From an uncultured bacterium (GTDB taxonomy: Bacteria; Acidobacteriota; Thermoanaerobaculia; Multivoradales; JAHZIX01), in assembly GCA_965368975.1 (NCBI GenBank), contig CBDUPA010000005.1, forward strand, positions 192,001-256,000: a stretch of 64,000 bases of DNA, written 5' to 3'. Numbering within the stretch: the stretch's first letter is position 1; the number at the start of each line of letters is the position of its first letter. This document shows, one piece after another, positions 8,976 to 33,791 of the stretch. The translations under genes and the position numbers were made by a program. Below the pieces are notes generated by a model that saw nothing but the letters and a program-made list of their open reading frames with translations, did no database searches and was not told the DNA's origin.

Positions 8976-10706
8976 ATGTTGCGACAGAAGCTAGGCAATG
9001 CAATCGCCCTGGCACCTTTGGCCTTTCTACTACTGGTGGCTGGAGCGTGCGGGGGTGGCAGTGAAACCGAACCCGTGGCGCCGGCGACACCGGACGTCGT
9101 CGAGCTCAGTGACGACGCGCTGCTGGCCGCCGAGGCCATCACGCCGGAGACGATCGCCGAGGTGACGCAGTTCCTGGCCAGTGACGAGCTGGAAGGCCGT
9201 GCCCCGTCGAGCGGAGGAGACCGAGAGGCGCAGAACTACATCGCACAGCGCTTCGAGGCGCTCGGTCTGCAGCCGGCAGCGGCTGACGGTAGCTGGGTGC
9301 AACCGTTCGAGCTGGTCAGTATCACTGCTTCCGCTCCGGCTACCTGGGAGTTCCACCAGGGCGACCAGAGTCTGAGCTTCGCGCACTGGGACGAGTTCAT
9401 CGCCGCTAGTGGCGTGCAGAGCCCGACTTCCGAAATCGACAACGCCGAGGTGGTCTTCGTCGGCTACGGCATCCAGGCACCGGAGTATGAGTGGGACGAC
9501 TACAAGGGCCAGGACCTGAGCGGCAAGGTGCTGCTGATGATGAACAACGATCCGGATTGGGATCCGGAGCTGTTCGAGGGCAACCGGCGCCTGTACTACG
9601 GCCGCTGGAGTTACAAGTACGAGAGCGCGGGCATCCAGGGGGCCGCCGGTGCCATCATCATCCACACGCGCCCGTCGGCTGGCTATCCCTACCAGGTCGT
9701 CCAGCGCTCGTGGACCGGTCCGCAATTCGAGCTGCCGGCCGGCGACGAGCCGCGCACGCAGGTCGCCGCCTGGATGAGCTACGATGCCGCGACGCGTCTG
9801 GTTGCGGCCGCCGGGCACAGCTTGGAGCAGCTCGAGGAGCAGGCCCGCAGCCGCGACTTCCAGCCGGTGCCGCTCGGTCTCACCACTTCGCTGACGCTCA
9901 ACAATCAGATCGAGAAGACGCTCAGTGGCAACGTTCTCGGTTTGCTCGAAGGCAGTGATCCGGAACTCAAGGACGAGATCGTCGTGTTCACGAGCCATCA
10001 TGACCACCTGGGCGTCGGCGAGCCCAACGAGCAGGGCGACGCCATCCACAATGGTGCGCGCGACAACGCCGCTGGCATCGGCCAGCTGGTCGCCATCGCC
10101 GAGGCCGCGACGAAGTTGGCCGAGCGCCCGCGGCGCTCGATGCTCTTCCTGGCTGTCGGTGCTGAGGAGCAGGGGCTGCTGGGGTCCAAGTACTACGCGC
10201 AGAACCCCACCTTCCCGCCGGGCAAGTTCGCTGCCAATATCAACTTCGATGCTCCCGGCATCTGGGGCAAGACGCGTGACCTGCCGCTGATCGGCATGGG
10301 CAAGTCCGAACTCGACGCCATCGCCTCGCGCGTCGCCGAGCACCAGGGGCGCGTGGTGGTCGGAGATTCAGATCCGACGCAGGGTTCCTACTACCGTTCC
10401 GATCAGTTCAGCTTCGCCAAGATCGGTGTGCCGGCGCTCTACTTCGGTGAGGGTACCGAGCTGGTTGGTGCCGCGCCGGGTGAGGCGAAGGAGATGATCG
10501 AGGACTGGAACCTGACCCACTACCACCAGCCGTCGGACGAGTACACCGACGAATGGAACCTCGAAGGTGCCGCTCAGGACGCCCAGGCTGGCTTCTTCTG
10601 CGGCTGGATCGTGGCGCAGCAAGACGGCATGCCGTCGTGGAACGCTGGCGACGAGTTCGAGGCCACGCGCAAGGATGCGCTGGCCGCGGTCGCTGGCATG
10701 GACTGA
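8976..10706 (+). CDS. M28 family metallopeptidase with PA domain, probable lipoprotein
   Basis: GGAGG RBS; lipobox-like AGAC; SHHDHLG, NGARDNAAG, AEEQGLLGS, RSDQ, HYHQPSD motifs. Confidence 0.93.
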   Translation: MLRQKLGNAIALAPLAFLLLVAGACGGGSETEPVAPATPDVVELSDDALLAAEAITPETIAEVTQFLASDELEGRAPSSGGDREAQNYIAQRFEALGLQPAAADGSWVQPFELVSITASAPATWEFHQGDQSLSFAHWDEFIAASGVQSPTSEIDNAEVVFVGYGIQAPEYEWDDYKGQDLSGKVLLMMNNDPDWDPELFEGNRRLYYGRWSYKYESAGIQGAAGAIIIHTRPSAGYPYQVVQRSWTGPQFELPAGDEPRTQVAAWMSYDAATRLVAAAGHSLEQLEEQARSRDFQPVPLGLTTSLTLNNQIEKTLSGNVLGLLEGSDPELKDEIVVFTSHHDHLGVGEPNEQGDAIHNGARDNAAGIGQLVAIAEAATKLAERPRRSMLFLAVGAEEQGLLGSKYYAQNPTFPPGKFAANINFDAPGIWGKTRDLPLIGMGKSELDAIASRVAEHQGRVVVGDSDPTQGSYYRSDQFSFAKIGVPALYFGEGTELVGAAPGEAKEMIEDWNLTHYHQPSDEYTDEWNLEGAAQDAQAGFFCGWIVAQQDGMPSWNAGDEFEATRKDALAAVAGMD

Positions 10707-10730
10707 GGGCGGTAGGCAAGATCCAGATTC

Positions 10731-10766
10731 CGATTCTGGGTAGGGGCGGCCCCATGTGGCCGCCCT
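10731..10766 (+). repeat. GTAG-family REP-like palindrome between convergent genes
   Basis: gattctgg-GTAG-gggcggcc-ccatgt-ggccgccc. Confidence 0.75.
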
Positions 10767-10798
10767 CCCTGCGCCGACAGGCGCATCCGATTCCTACC

Positions 10799-13381
10799 TC
10801 AGGTCTCCGGCCCACGTTCCCGGTGCGTCAGGTGCAGCCATGCCGGCACCAGGGTGATTGCCACCAAAGCGCAGGCAAGCGCCCCCAGGATCGCGACGTA
10901 GCCGGTGGTGCGCAAGGCGGGGTAGTGGGACAGGGACATCGAGCCGAAGCCGACCAACGTCGACAGCGCGGCGGCCAGGATTGCCTTCCCGGTTTCCTGC
11001 AACCCGAGGGTCAGCTGCTCTCCGTCGCCACCGCGCTGTTCGATTTCGCGGTAGCGGTGGATGATGTGCAGGCCGTAGTCGACACCGATGCCGACAATCA
11101 TCGTGGTGACGAAGATGTTCATGAAGTTCATCTGTAGCCCGATCACGCTCATGGCGCCGAGCATCCAGAGAATGCCGATGCCCAGCGGTACCAGCGCCAG
11201 GACCATGTCCCGCAGACGCCGGAAGTCGAGCCAGATCAGCAGCGCGACGAGCGCGGTGCCGAGGCCACCGGCCAGGTAGGCGTCGTGCAACACCAGCACC
11301 TTGACGCGCTGGTTGACCACGTTGGTGCCTGCCAGCTGTACGTCCGGCCCCAGAGCTTCGGCGAGGGCCACGGCCTGCGGTGGTGGTTCGGCACGCCAGC
11401 GGTTGTCGGCCTGGTAGAGGCGTACGATGCCGCGCCAGTTGTCGCCGATCGGACGCAGGAAGGGCGAGAGCAGCGGCTGCATCAGCTCGGAGTTCGAGAG
11501 TTCATCGTAGGTCAGGGGACCTTGACGATCCAGGGCCCGCTGCAGCAGGTCGACACCGCGACGGAAGGGCACGGGGTTGATGCCCTCGGCACGGAACGTC
11601 AGCTCGATACGCTCGCGCAACGCCTCGCCGATGGGCTGACCTTCTTCTGCCCGCGAGCGCAGCCACTCCAGGTTGTCGGCCTGCCGTTCGGCGGACGGTA
11701 GCAGGGTGTGCGGGCCCTGGGTGCCGCTCAGCACACCCTCGGTGACCAGGGCCTGGGCCGCCTCCGCAGCCTGCGACGCGCGTTCGACCACCTCTTCCGG
11801 GCTGTCCCCGGAGATCACGAGCATGCTGTAGTCGAAGCCGGAACCGAAGTGACGCGCGACCTCCTGCGCTCCTTGCAGGCCGCGGTTGCCGCGCGGTCGC
11901 ATGGTCGAGATTGATGGTTCGAAACCGAGGTTGCTGAGCAGTAGCACGGCGACGATAGTCAACGCCAGACCGAGGGCCAGCACCACCTTGGCGTGGCGCA
12001 TCGAGGCGCGGATCAGGGCGTCGGTGCCGAAGTTGTGCAGGTAGAGGTTGGGCAGTGTCTTGTGCTTGCGGTGGCGTTCTTCGCCCCAGGCCAGCAGGGC
12101 CGGTAGCAGTAAGAGTACCGTCAGCATGCATAGCAAAATGCCGCCTGCGGTCAAGATGCCCATCTGGCGCAGGCCCGGGAAGCCGGTAGCCAGGAAGGCA
12201 CCGAAGGTCGCCGCCGTCGTCACCGCGCCGACCACCACCGCGCGACCGGACGAACCGCTCATTCGCTTGAGGGCTTCTGGGGGCTCGTTGCCCAGCTGCC
12301 GTTCTTCCACGTAGCGACCGTAGGAGACGATGACGAAGTCGATCCCCAGGCCGATCAGCAGTGCCGCGACACCGCTGGTCATCTGCGACAGATCGCCCAG
12401 CGCCACCTTGGCGAAACCGAAGGTGAGCACCAGGCCGCAGAACAGCGGTAGGAAGGCGTAGAGCAACGCACTCCAGCGACGGAAGGCGATGAGGAAGAGC
12501 AGCAGCACGCCGAGCACCGAGGTGACGGCGTTGCGAATGGCGTCGTTGGCGATGAACTTGGCGTCGTCGACGGTGGTCAGGTAGGAGCCACCGAGAAAGA
12601 CTTCGGGCGGCGTCACGACCTCCATATTCTCTGGCCCCGAGTCGCTCTGCAACTCGCTCCATTCTGCTTGTGCCGCCTCGATCTCGGTCTCGATCTCGGC
12701 CACCAGCGCGCGGATGAACTGCACTGCCTGCGGCGGCTGGGTCGGCCGGGCAAGCAGCAGGATCAGACGCCGATCCTTGGAGAGGTAGTAGCCACTGGTC
12801 CAGTCGACGGCCAGGGAGCCCCGTGAACCCTGCAGCCGATCGAGCAGGAGTTCGGAGACGCCGAAGGGATCGACCTTCAGCAGGTCCTTGAGCGCAATAC
12901 CCTGCGGTGTACCGAGCAAGCGCCGCAGTTCCTGAGCCCGTCGCTCGATACCCTCGTCGGTCAGCCGCTCGGCCAGCAGCTCGCGGCCGCTGTCGTCGAG
13001 AAAGAGGAGTGACGCCGGGAACAGCTCGCTGAGCAGCTGTTCGGGGGTCTCGATGCGGTAGTCGAGCCGGCCCAGACCCTCCAGTTTCTCCAGCCGCGGA
13101 CCGAGCAGGTCGACGAACTCCTGGTACGCCACCAGCGGTGCTCCCTCGGGTACGCGCACGCCGATCAGCAGGTAGTCGAGCGTACCGAACTCTTCGACCG
13201 TCTCACGGAATACCGCGACCGACGGATCGTCCGGCGGCAGCAGGTTGAGCATGTCGGTGTCGAAGCGGATGCGGGTGGCGGCGAAGATCGACAGCACGAC
13301 CAGCACCGCGAAGGTCAAGCACACCCCTTTGTAGTGGCGGCTGGCAAAAAGAGCGAGTGCGTGCAGGACGCGTCGATGCAT
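10799..13381 (-). CDS. MMPL/RND family transporter
   Basis: Two RND halves with GLGIDF and GIGVDYGLH; GAGGAG RBS before ATG 13381. The ORF-track N-terminal extension overlaps pgsA. Confidence 0.9.
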   Translation of the reverse strand: MHRRVLHALALFASRHYKGVCLTFAVLVVLSIFAATRIRFDTDMLNLLPPDDPSVAVFRETVEEFGTLDYLLIGVRVPEGAPLVAYQEFVDLLGPRLEKLEGLGRLDYRIETPEQLLSELFPASLLFLDDSGRELLAERLTDEGIERRAQELRRLLGTPQGIALKDLLKVDPFGVSELLLDRLQGSRGSLAVDWTSGYYLSKDRRLILLLARPTQPPQAVQFIRALVAEIETEIEAAQAEWSELQSDSGPENMEVVTPPEVFLGGSYLTTVDDAKFIANDAIRNAVTSVLGVLLLFLIAFRRWSALLYAFLPLFCGLVLTFGFAKVALGDLSQMTSGVAALLIGLGIDFVIVSYGRYVEERQLGNEPPEALKRMSGSSGRAVVVGAVTTAATFGAFLATGFPGLRQMGILTAGGILLCMLTVLLLLPALLAWGEERHRKHKTLPNLYLHNFGTDALIRASMRHAKVVLALGLALTIVAVLLLSNLGFEPSISTMRPRGNRGLQGAQEVARHFGSGFDYSMLVISGDSPEEVVERASQAAEAAQALVTEGVLSGTQGPHTLLPSAERQADNLEWLRSRAEEGQPIGEALRERIELTFRAEGINPVPFRRGVDLLQRALDRQGPLTYDELSNSELMQPLLSPFLRPIGDNWRGIVRLYQADNRWRAEPPPQAVALAEALGPDVQLAGTNVVNQRVKVLVLHDAYLAGGLGTALVALLIWLDFRRLRDMVLALVPLGIGILWMLGAMSVIGLQMNFMNIFVTTMIVGIGVDYGLHIIHRYREIEQRGGDGEQLTLGLQETGKAILAAALSTLVGFGSMSLSHYPALRTTGYVAILGALACALVAITLVPAWLHLTHRERGPET

Positions 13382-13443
13382 AGAGCAATCTCCTCGGACG
13401 GATTGAGTCTGGTGACGGGCGGCCAGCAGCCTCTGGCGGCGGC

Positions 13444-14052
13444 TCAGGACGTAGGCGCGTCGTCCCCGGGCGTGCCTTCCTCTATCTCGAGTGCCGGCTG
13501 GATCGGGGCGAGGACCAACCGGCGGAAGCGCAGGAAGTAGTCGATCCCCGAGTACACCGTCGCGACCAGCGCCAACCACAGTGCCCAGGACGCCAGGTCC
13601 AGGTTCTGTAGATTCTCGTGTAGCTGGTTGTGGAAGATGAGCAGCGAGATGGCGATCACCTGCGTCACCGTCTTGACCTTGCCCGACATACTCGCCGCGA
13701 TGACCACCCCTTGAGCCGCCGCCACACTGCGCAGGGCGCCAACCGCGAACTCACGGCTGACGATCAGCGCTACGATCCAGGCGGGCGTCAAGGTCGGGTT
13801 GACCTCTACCAGCGAGATGAACGCCGCCGAGGTCAAGATCTTGTCGGCGGCAGGGTCGAGCAGCTTGCCTAGCGCCGTGATCTGCTGGTTGCGGCGCGCC
13901 AGGTAGCCGTCGAGGAAGTCCGTCAAGGCTGCCAGCAGGAACACGGCAAGCCCATAGAACTCCTTGTTCTCGAACTTGGTGAGCAGGATGACAACCAGGA
14001 TCGGTGCCGCCAGAATGCGGCACATCGAGAGCACGTTTGGCGCGTTGACCAT
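13444..14052 (-). CDS. pgsA: CDP-diacylglycerol--glycerol-3-phosphate 3-phosphatidyltransferase
   Basis: TDFLDGYLARR...LGKLLDPAADK CDP-alcohol phosphotransferase motif; SREF; GKVKT. Confidence 0.92.
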   Translation of the reverse strand: MVNAPNVLSMCRILAAPILVVILLTKFENKEFYGLAVFLLAALTDFLDGYLARRNQQITALGKLLDPAADKILTSAAFISLVEVNPTLTPAWIVALIVSREFAVGALRSVAAAQGVVIAASMSGKVKTVTQVIAISLLIFHNQLHENLQNLDLASWALWLALVATVYSGIDYFLRFRRLVLAPIQPALEIEEGTPGDDAPTS

Positions 14053-14104
14053 CGGTAAGAAGGCTCGCTCGGGAAACTCAGGAATCAGGAGAGCCGGCGC
14101 TGCG

Positions 14105-14935
14105 TCAGCGCTGGCCGGGAGGATCGGACGTGATCAGGATGCGATTGTTGGCGTCGCGCACCAGGTAGACCTGTCCGCCGGTCGACGGCGCGCGGCTCTG
14201 TCCGCTCGTTGTCGCCGCACTGTCTGTGGCTGGTGCTGTGTCACTCGTTGTGGCGTCACCCGTCTCAGTCCCTGCCGTCGACCGCACTTGCGGCAGCGAC
14301 GTCAAGCCAGAGGGTGCGGAGAATGTCCCGCGTCCGGCGCGGCCCGCGGCGCCACCTGCGGTGGCAGCGTAGCCGGAACTCTCTCGATAGAGGGTCATCA
14401 CCTTGCGCACGTAATTGCGCGTCTCGCGGTAGGGCGGGATTCCCTGGTAGCGCAGTACCGCTGTCGGTCCCGCGTTGTACGCCGCCAGCGCCAGCTCCAG
14501 CTTGCCGAAGCGGTCGAGCAGGTAGCGCAGGTAGTCGGTGCCGCCGCGGATGTTCTCGTCGGCGTCGTAGGGGTCGCTGACGTTCAGCTCACCCGCCGTC
14601 GCCGGCATCAGCTGCATCAGGCCCATCGCACCTTTACCAGAGCGTGCGCGCACGTTGTACCCGGACTCGACCTGGATCACCGCCTGCACCAGGCGCGCGT
14701 GCAGTCCCTGGCGTGCCGCATGCTGCTCGATCAGGGAGCGCACGTACAGCTGAGGTGGCTGCCGCAGCTGGCTGGCGAGGCGTGTCTGGTGCTGCTGACG
14801 CGTCTCCTCGTAGATGAACGGGATGCCGTCTTCACCAATGCGAATGCGTACTTCCGCCAGGGCGTCGGTGCAAAGGCCGAAAGCCAGAAGCGCCAACACG
14901 AGCCGGCGCAGCGGGGTACTAAGTGCATGCAGCAT
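14105..14935 (-). CDS. Lytic transglycosylase (SLT domain)
   Basis: Signal peptide; [31 protein letters not shown] motifs; low-complexity tail. Confidence 0.92.
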   Translation of the reverse strand: MLHALSTPLRRLVLALLAFGLCTDALAEVRIRIGEDGIPFIYEETRQQHQTRLASQLRQPPQLYVRSLIEQHAARQGLHARLVQAVIQVESGYNVRARSGKGAMGLMQLMPATAGELNVSDPYDADENIRGGTDYLRYLLDRFGKLELALAAYNAGPTAVLRYQGIPPYRETRNYVRKVMTLYRESSGYAATAGGAAGRAGRGTFSAPSGLTSLPQVRSTAGTETGDATTSDTAPATDSAATTSGQSRAPSTGGQVYLVRDANNRILITSDPPGQR

Positions 14936-15040
14936 GTCGTTGCGGCGACCGTGGGGGGATGCGGGCGTCCGGGCTTCAAAGCTTAGCAGATGCTGGCGCA
15001 GCTGTGTTGCCGGCTCCTTGCGCAGGAGCGTTCCGTCGAC

Positions 15041-16510
15041 TCAAGCGGTGGCTGGGCTCTCAACGGGGCTCTCGACGGGGGCCTTGCCGCCGTGATCTCC
15101 TGCGTGCGCCTCGAGGAACGTCTCCGGCTTGCTGAACACCTTGGCGATGTTCATGCCCTTGCGCACCGCTGACCAGCTCACCTTGCCGGTCGCCAGCGCT
15201 GCACCTAGCTGCAGGTACGTACGCGCCTTGCCGCGGTGGCGGTAGCGCACCTCCAGGATGTGACGCCACAGGCTGGAGTACTCCTCGTAGAAGTCTTCCA
15301 GGGACAACTTGGTCGGCAGGACGGTGTGGATGATGTCGAACATCTCCCAGTTGTGCGTGGTGACGTCGTGCTGGGCCTGGTCCCACAAGTCCGTGCCGGG
15401 CAGCGGCGTGAGGACAGAGAAGCCCGCGTTGTAGGCGCCGGTGTCGTCGATCCAGTCGCGCAGGCGGGCGAAGTCGTCACGGTCCCAGTTGGGGTCGACG
15501 ATGAAGTTCGGGGTATAGCCGACGCCCAGGTCGCGCAGGATTTCCAGGGCGCGACGGTTGTTGTCGACGGAGTTCTTCTTGTTGACGCGGCTCAAGCCTT
15601 CGTCGGTCACGGCTTCGACGCCGAGGAAGATCGACAGGTGGCCGCAGTCTTTCCACATCTCGATCAGTTCCGGGAACTTGCAGATGATGTCGGTGCGCGT
15701 CTGGACGGTGAAGTACTTCTTGATGCCGGCGGCCTTGATCTGCTTGGCCATCTCTTCGCCGCGTCGCACGTTCATCCAGAAGATGTCGTCGGTGATGAAG
15801 ACGTTCTCGGCCTCGATGTCCTGGAGCTCCCGCACCACGCGTTCCGGGGACTTCTCTCGGAACGTGCTCTCGTGGAACTTCCAGACGGAGCAGAAGTTGC
15901 ACTTGAAGGGGCAGCCGCGCGCGGTTTCCATGAGGGCCAGGGGCTTACGGAAGTTGATGTAGTAGTCGGGGGCGTAGTGGGAGATCAGGTGGCGCGCGGG
16001 CATGGGCAGGTCGTCGAGGTCACGGCGGGCTGGAGGTGGCCCCGTGGGAACGAACGTGCCGTCGACGTTGAGCAGCAGGCCGGGTGAGGTCTTGGGGTCG
16101 GCGCCACGATCGAGCGTGTCGACCAGCGGTGGCATGACTTCCTCACCGTCGCCGATCGCCACCGCGTCGACGGCAGGGTCGGCGAACCACTGGGGCTCTC
16201 GGGACGCGTCGTGGCCGCCGATCAGGACGAAGGCCTCCGGCAGCTCGCGTTTCACCCGGCGAGCCAACTTCAGGGTGCGGTAGCGCTCGGTGGTGAAATT
16301 GCACTGGAGCCCTACGAGGGCGGGCTCGAAGTCGCGGCACTGCGCCATGCCTGGTTCTTCCCCATCGAGACGCAGGTCGAAGATGCGGCATTCGTGGCCA
16401 TCATTCTCCAGGCCGCCGGCGATGCAGATGGGGCCCAGAGGCTCGACGAAGGTCAGCATCTCGAGGCCGAGAATGCCGCCGATCGGTGGCTTGACAAAGG
16501 CGACGCGCAT
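15041..16510 (-). CDS. Cobalamin-binding radical SAM methyltransferase (HpnR-like)
   Basis: EPLG N-terminus, GGHDAS, RGCPFKCNFC, VDPNWDRDDF, TPLPGT, FDIIHTVLPTKL, resembling the hopanoid C-3 methylase family. Confidence 0.88.
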   Translation of the reverse strand: MRVAFVKPPIGGILGLEMLTFVEPLGPICIAGGLENDGHECRIFDLRLDGEEPGMAQCRDFEPALVGLQCNFTTERYRTLKLARRVKRELPEAFVLIGGHDASREPQWFADPAVDAVAIGDGEEVMPPLVDTLDRGADPKTSPGLLLNVDGTFVPTGPPPARRDLDDLPMPARHLISHYAPDYYINFRKPLALMETARGCPFKCNFCSVWKFHESTFREKSPERVVRELQDIEAENVFITDDIFWMNVRRGEEMAKQIKAAGIKKYFTVQTRTDIICKFPELIEMWKDCGHLSIFLGVEAVTDEGLSRVNKKNSVDNNRRALEILRDLGVGYTPNFIVDPNWDRDDFARLRDWIDDTGAYNAGFSVLTPLPGTDLWDQAQHDVTTHNWEMFDIIHTVLPTKLSLEDFYEEYSSLWRHILEVRYRHRGKARTYLQLGAALATGKVSWSAVRKGMNIAKVFSKPETFLEAHAGDHGGKAPVESPVESPATA

Positions 16511-16685
16511 GGGAACCTCCCGAAGTGGTGGTCAAAGTAAGGATGTGCTCATCGTACACGACCGCGTATTGCCATGTTCCAAGGGTCACTGAACCGTTCT
16601 TGGAGGCGTTGTTCCTGGGCGATGCTGGGGTACACTGTCCGCTCCTTTTTCGGGCTGCGCTGCAGCCGGTGATCGAGTCCCATCG

Positions 16686-30541
<13,856 letters not shown>

Positions 30542-30542
<1 letters not shown>

Positions 30543-32104
30543 TGCCGTCAGAACCCGTGATCGTCGACGAGTACCCGCTGGCGTACGGCCAGCGCACCAT
30601 GTGGTTCGTGCAGCGCCTGGCACCCGACAGCGCCGCCTACAACGTGCTCGCCGCCTTCCGCGTCCGCGGCCAGCTCGATGTCGAGGCCTTCGTCGACGCC
30701 TGGCAGCGGTTGACCGATCGGCACGAAGCCCTGCGCACCACCTACCACGATGTCGATGGCGTGCCGGTGCAGCGCTTGCACGCACGCCTGCCGATCGAGT
30801 CGCAGGTGGTCGATGTGGTGGGGCAAGGGCAGGCGGAGGTGCAAGCCAAGGTCGCCGCCGACGCCCACCGTCCCTTCGACCTGCAGAGCGGCCCGATCGT
30901 GCGCCTGCGGCTCTACCGCTGTTCCGAAGCCGCCGACGAGCACGTCTTCCTGCTCGCCATCCACCACATCGCCATCGACGCTACCGCCCTCGGCTTCTTG
31001 CTCGGCGAGCTGGGCCGCGTCTACCCGGCCCTACGCGACGGCAAGGAACCGCCCGAGCTACCCGCTCTGCCCTGGAGCTTCGGGGACTTCGTCCATTGGC
31101 AGCTGGAGCGGCTGGAAGGTCCGGGCGGCGCTGAGCTGCGGCAGCGCTGGTACCGCCGTCTGAGTGCCTCGCCGCCGCAACTCAACCTGCCCTTCGACCG
31201 TCCGAGATCGACCGTCCAGACCTTTGGTGGCGCCATGCCGAGTGCCACCTACGCTCCGGACCTGGTCGAACGCCTGCGCGCCGTGGGGCAGAAGGTCGAT
31301 GTTCCTCTGCGCGCCGTCTTCCTGGCTGCCTTCCAGGCGCTGCTCTACCGCTACAGCGGCCAGACCGACATCCTCGTCGGCAGCCCCGTCAGCGGTCGCA
31401 CGCGTCCCGAGATGGACCGGCTCGTCGGCTTCTTCGTCAACACCATCGTCATCCGCGCCGATCTCAGCGCTGCCACCGCCGGTACCCTCACCTTCCGCGA
31501 CCTCCTGCGCCACGTCGGGGAGCGCTTCGCCGAAGCCGAGGCGGGCCAGGACTACCCGTTCACGCTCCTGGTCGAACAGCTACAACCGGACCGCAGTCAG
31601 GGGCAATCGCCGTTCTTCCAGGTGTTGTTTGTGTTGTATGGGGGGGAGCCGGTCGTCAAAGATGCCCCGGACCCGGGCCAATTGCAACGCATGATGCAGG
31701 GCGAGGGTGGCTCTCTGGCCACCGGCGACCTGCAACTCGAAGCCATGCCGGTCAAGGGCGAGTCGTCGATGCTCGACCTGAGCTTGTTGATGCACGCCAA
31801 CGAGACACCCGACGGCACCCGCGTCGACGCCAACTTCCAGTACAACACCCACCTCTTCGATGGTTCCACCATCGATACCCTGATGGCCGATTACCGCACG
31901 CTGCTCGAAGCCGTCGCGTCGAATGCCGACCGTCCCGTCGCCGGCCTGCCGGCCTCACTCGGCGTCGCGGAACGCAAGGTGTCGGAAGAAGCCGTGCAGC
32001 GGCTGTCGCAGGCGCAGACGGGAAAGCTCGATGACGTCCGGTCGCGGGCTCAAGAGCGTCTGCAACGTCGAGGGCAGAGAAGGGTTCGATGGAAGAAGGC
32101 GTAA
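30542..32104 (+). CDS. Stand-alone NRPS condensation domain protein
   Basis: PLAYGQRTMWF, RHEALRT, HHIAIDA, VGFFVNT; TGATG coupling to the NRPS. Confidence 0.92.
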
Positions 32105-32123
32105 GCTATATGAAGGGGGTTAT

Positions 32124-33791
32124 ATGAGGGTATTCATTTCTTATTGCAGGGAGGATAAGCGCGTTGCCGATGAAGTATATCTTGGCCTGAGAGACCGAGA
32201 CTTTCTTCCTTGGATGGATGAGCCTCCTGAACCTTACCACCTTGAGGGCATCAGACCCGGAGAGCATTGGAAGATTAGAATCGAGGAGCATTTGGGCCAG
32301 TCTGACTTGGCGATTGTTCTAGTATCATCCATGAGATATTTGAAAAAGAGGCGATATTTTAACAATGAAATGAAGTTGATTTCAGATATCCGGGACTCGA
32401 TGGCGGGGACCGAGATTTTTCTGGTACCGGTAGTGTTAGATGAGGCCCTCAATATCAATGAGGTTCGGTTTGGCCGATCAAATCTAGCCGATATTCACTA
32501 CGTCAGATACTACGCTGGGGGAGTCGGACTTTTATTAAGCGGTCTGGAAGCGCTCAGAGAGAGCATCCAGAATCCCTTCTCTGAGTCACCGTTTGAGACG
32601 AATGATGGCACTTGGCGTAGTAAAGAGCTTTCTGAGGAGGGGTGGGCGATTCTGTTCCCTGAGTCGGCAGGACCAGGCACAAGAGATGCGTTGAAGCCCT
32701 TGATGGATCATCGTAGAAATCAGGTTGGGCCTTTGTTCAGAGAGTTTGAGTACAAGATGGGGGAATCGGTTCAGCAGTTTTTGGGGCGGAATGGTGCTGG
32801 TGCAGGGGTTGTCAACCGAGCAATGATTCCTGCAAACATCCTGATCGTAGGTGACCCCGGGTGGACGGGTGACCCCACTTTGATACCATATGATTTTCAA
32901 ATAGACCTAGGAATACAGTTTTCTGTAGGCAGACTAGCACTGGAAAAAGATGAAGATTTCTCTGTATATGCAAGTAAGTTAGTCTCATATGAGCGCGCTC
33001 TTCCTCGTGAGCCTTTGAAGCTTGGGCTTTTTGCCCCAGTTCATCAAGGAGACATAGTAAGCAAGATCGTCTTGGAGAATCTTGCCAATCCCCTGAAGCT
33101 TGGCATCTCAGCCAGGATCGGACCTGAGAAGGTTGATGAAGTATTTGGCTCTGTGGCTACGAAGGAGCGGCTGACAAGGATGATTTCGAACGCTCAGGGG
33201 GTCATAGTCTCGATGTCACACGGGGTTTCAGGTCAGAGCAGACAGACAAGTTCAATTCTATGTGCAGACTGGGAAGGAGTTGGGACACCGCTTTGCGATC
33301 AAGATCTGTTCTCTGAGGGAGATGTCTGCTCATTGACAAAACGAGGGGAAAGGGATGGGATTAATGGTTCAGTTTTCGTTATGTTTGAGGCGTATGGTTG
33401 TGGAGGTCTCCAAACTAAGAGCAGTGCTCCTTATGTTTCGGCTCTCAGTAATAGCCTTCTTGCTTGCCCGGGGATCTCGACTTTGGCAGTAGTCGGACGG
33501 CTGAGCGAAGGATCGACGTGCACCTTCGATTGGTTCGGAAGAGGCGGAGATGTATGGACGTATGTAATGTTAGTTGATTCTCTGATGACAGGTGCAAAGG
33601 TAGGGGAATCGTTGTCTTTCCTACGGGAACGACAAAAAGTTCTTGCAGGCCAGATAGCTAGCTTGACTGACTCACAGTTGCTCCGATTAGCATATCCTAG
33701 CGGCACTGAACTCCTGCGGTTATGGGACGTTTACAGAGATGCACGTGGATTCGTTCTCTTGGGTGATCCAGCGACAAGACTGATGAGGTAG
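32124..33791 (+). CDS. TIR domain fused to peptidase C25 (gingipain/clan CD)-like domain
   Basis: MRVFISYCRED...WMD...YFNNE...LVPVVLD (TIR); GWAILFP, ILIVGDP, SVGRL, SHG, LCADW, LLGDPA (C25-like); GGGGG RBS before ATG 32124. Confidence 0.8.
   Translation: MRVFISYCREDKRVADEVYLGLRDRDFLPWMDEPPEPYHLEGIRPGEHWKIRIEEHLGQSDLAIVLVSSMRYLKKRRYFNNEMKLISDIRDSMAGTEIFLVPVVLDEALNINEVRFGRSNLADIHYVRYYAGGVGLLLSGLEALRESIQNPFSESPFETNDGTWRSKELSEEGWAILFPESAGPGTRDALKPLMDHRRNQVGPLFREFEYKMGESVQQFLGRNGAGAGVVNRAMIPANILIVGDPGWTGDPTLIPYDFQIDLGIQFSVGRLALEKDEDFSVYASKLVSYERALPREPLKLGLFAPVHQGDIVSKIVLENLANPLKLGISARIGPEKVDEVFGSVATKERLTRMISNAQGVIVSMSHGVSGQSRQTSSILCADWEGVGTPLCDQDLFSEGDVCSLTKRGERDGINGSVFVMFEAYGCGGLQTKSSAPYVSALSNSLLACPGISTLAVVGRLSEGSTCTFDWFGRGGDVWTYVMLVDSLMTGAKVGESLSFLRERQKVLAGQIASLTDSQLLRLAYPSGTELLRLWDVYRDARGFVLLGDPATRLMR

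Noticed and set aside
16551-16636. Divergent promoters for the radical SAM gene and the NRPS (TACGAT minus strand, TACACT plus strand)
   Set aside because: The -10-like boxes lack convincing -35 elements at proper spacing; too weak to list
31923-32123. N-terminal extension of the TIR ORF
   Set aside because: Overlaps the C-domain gene in another frame; RBS plus ATG at 32124 begins the TIR fold
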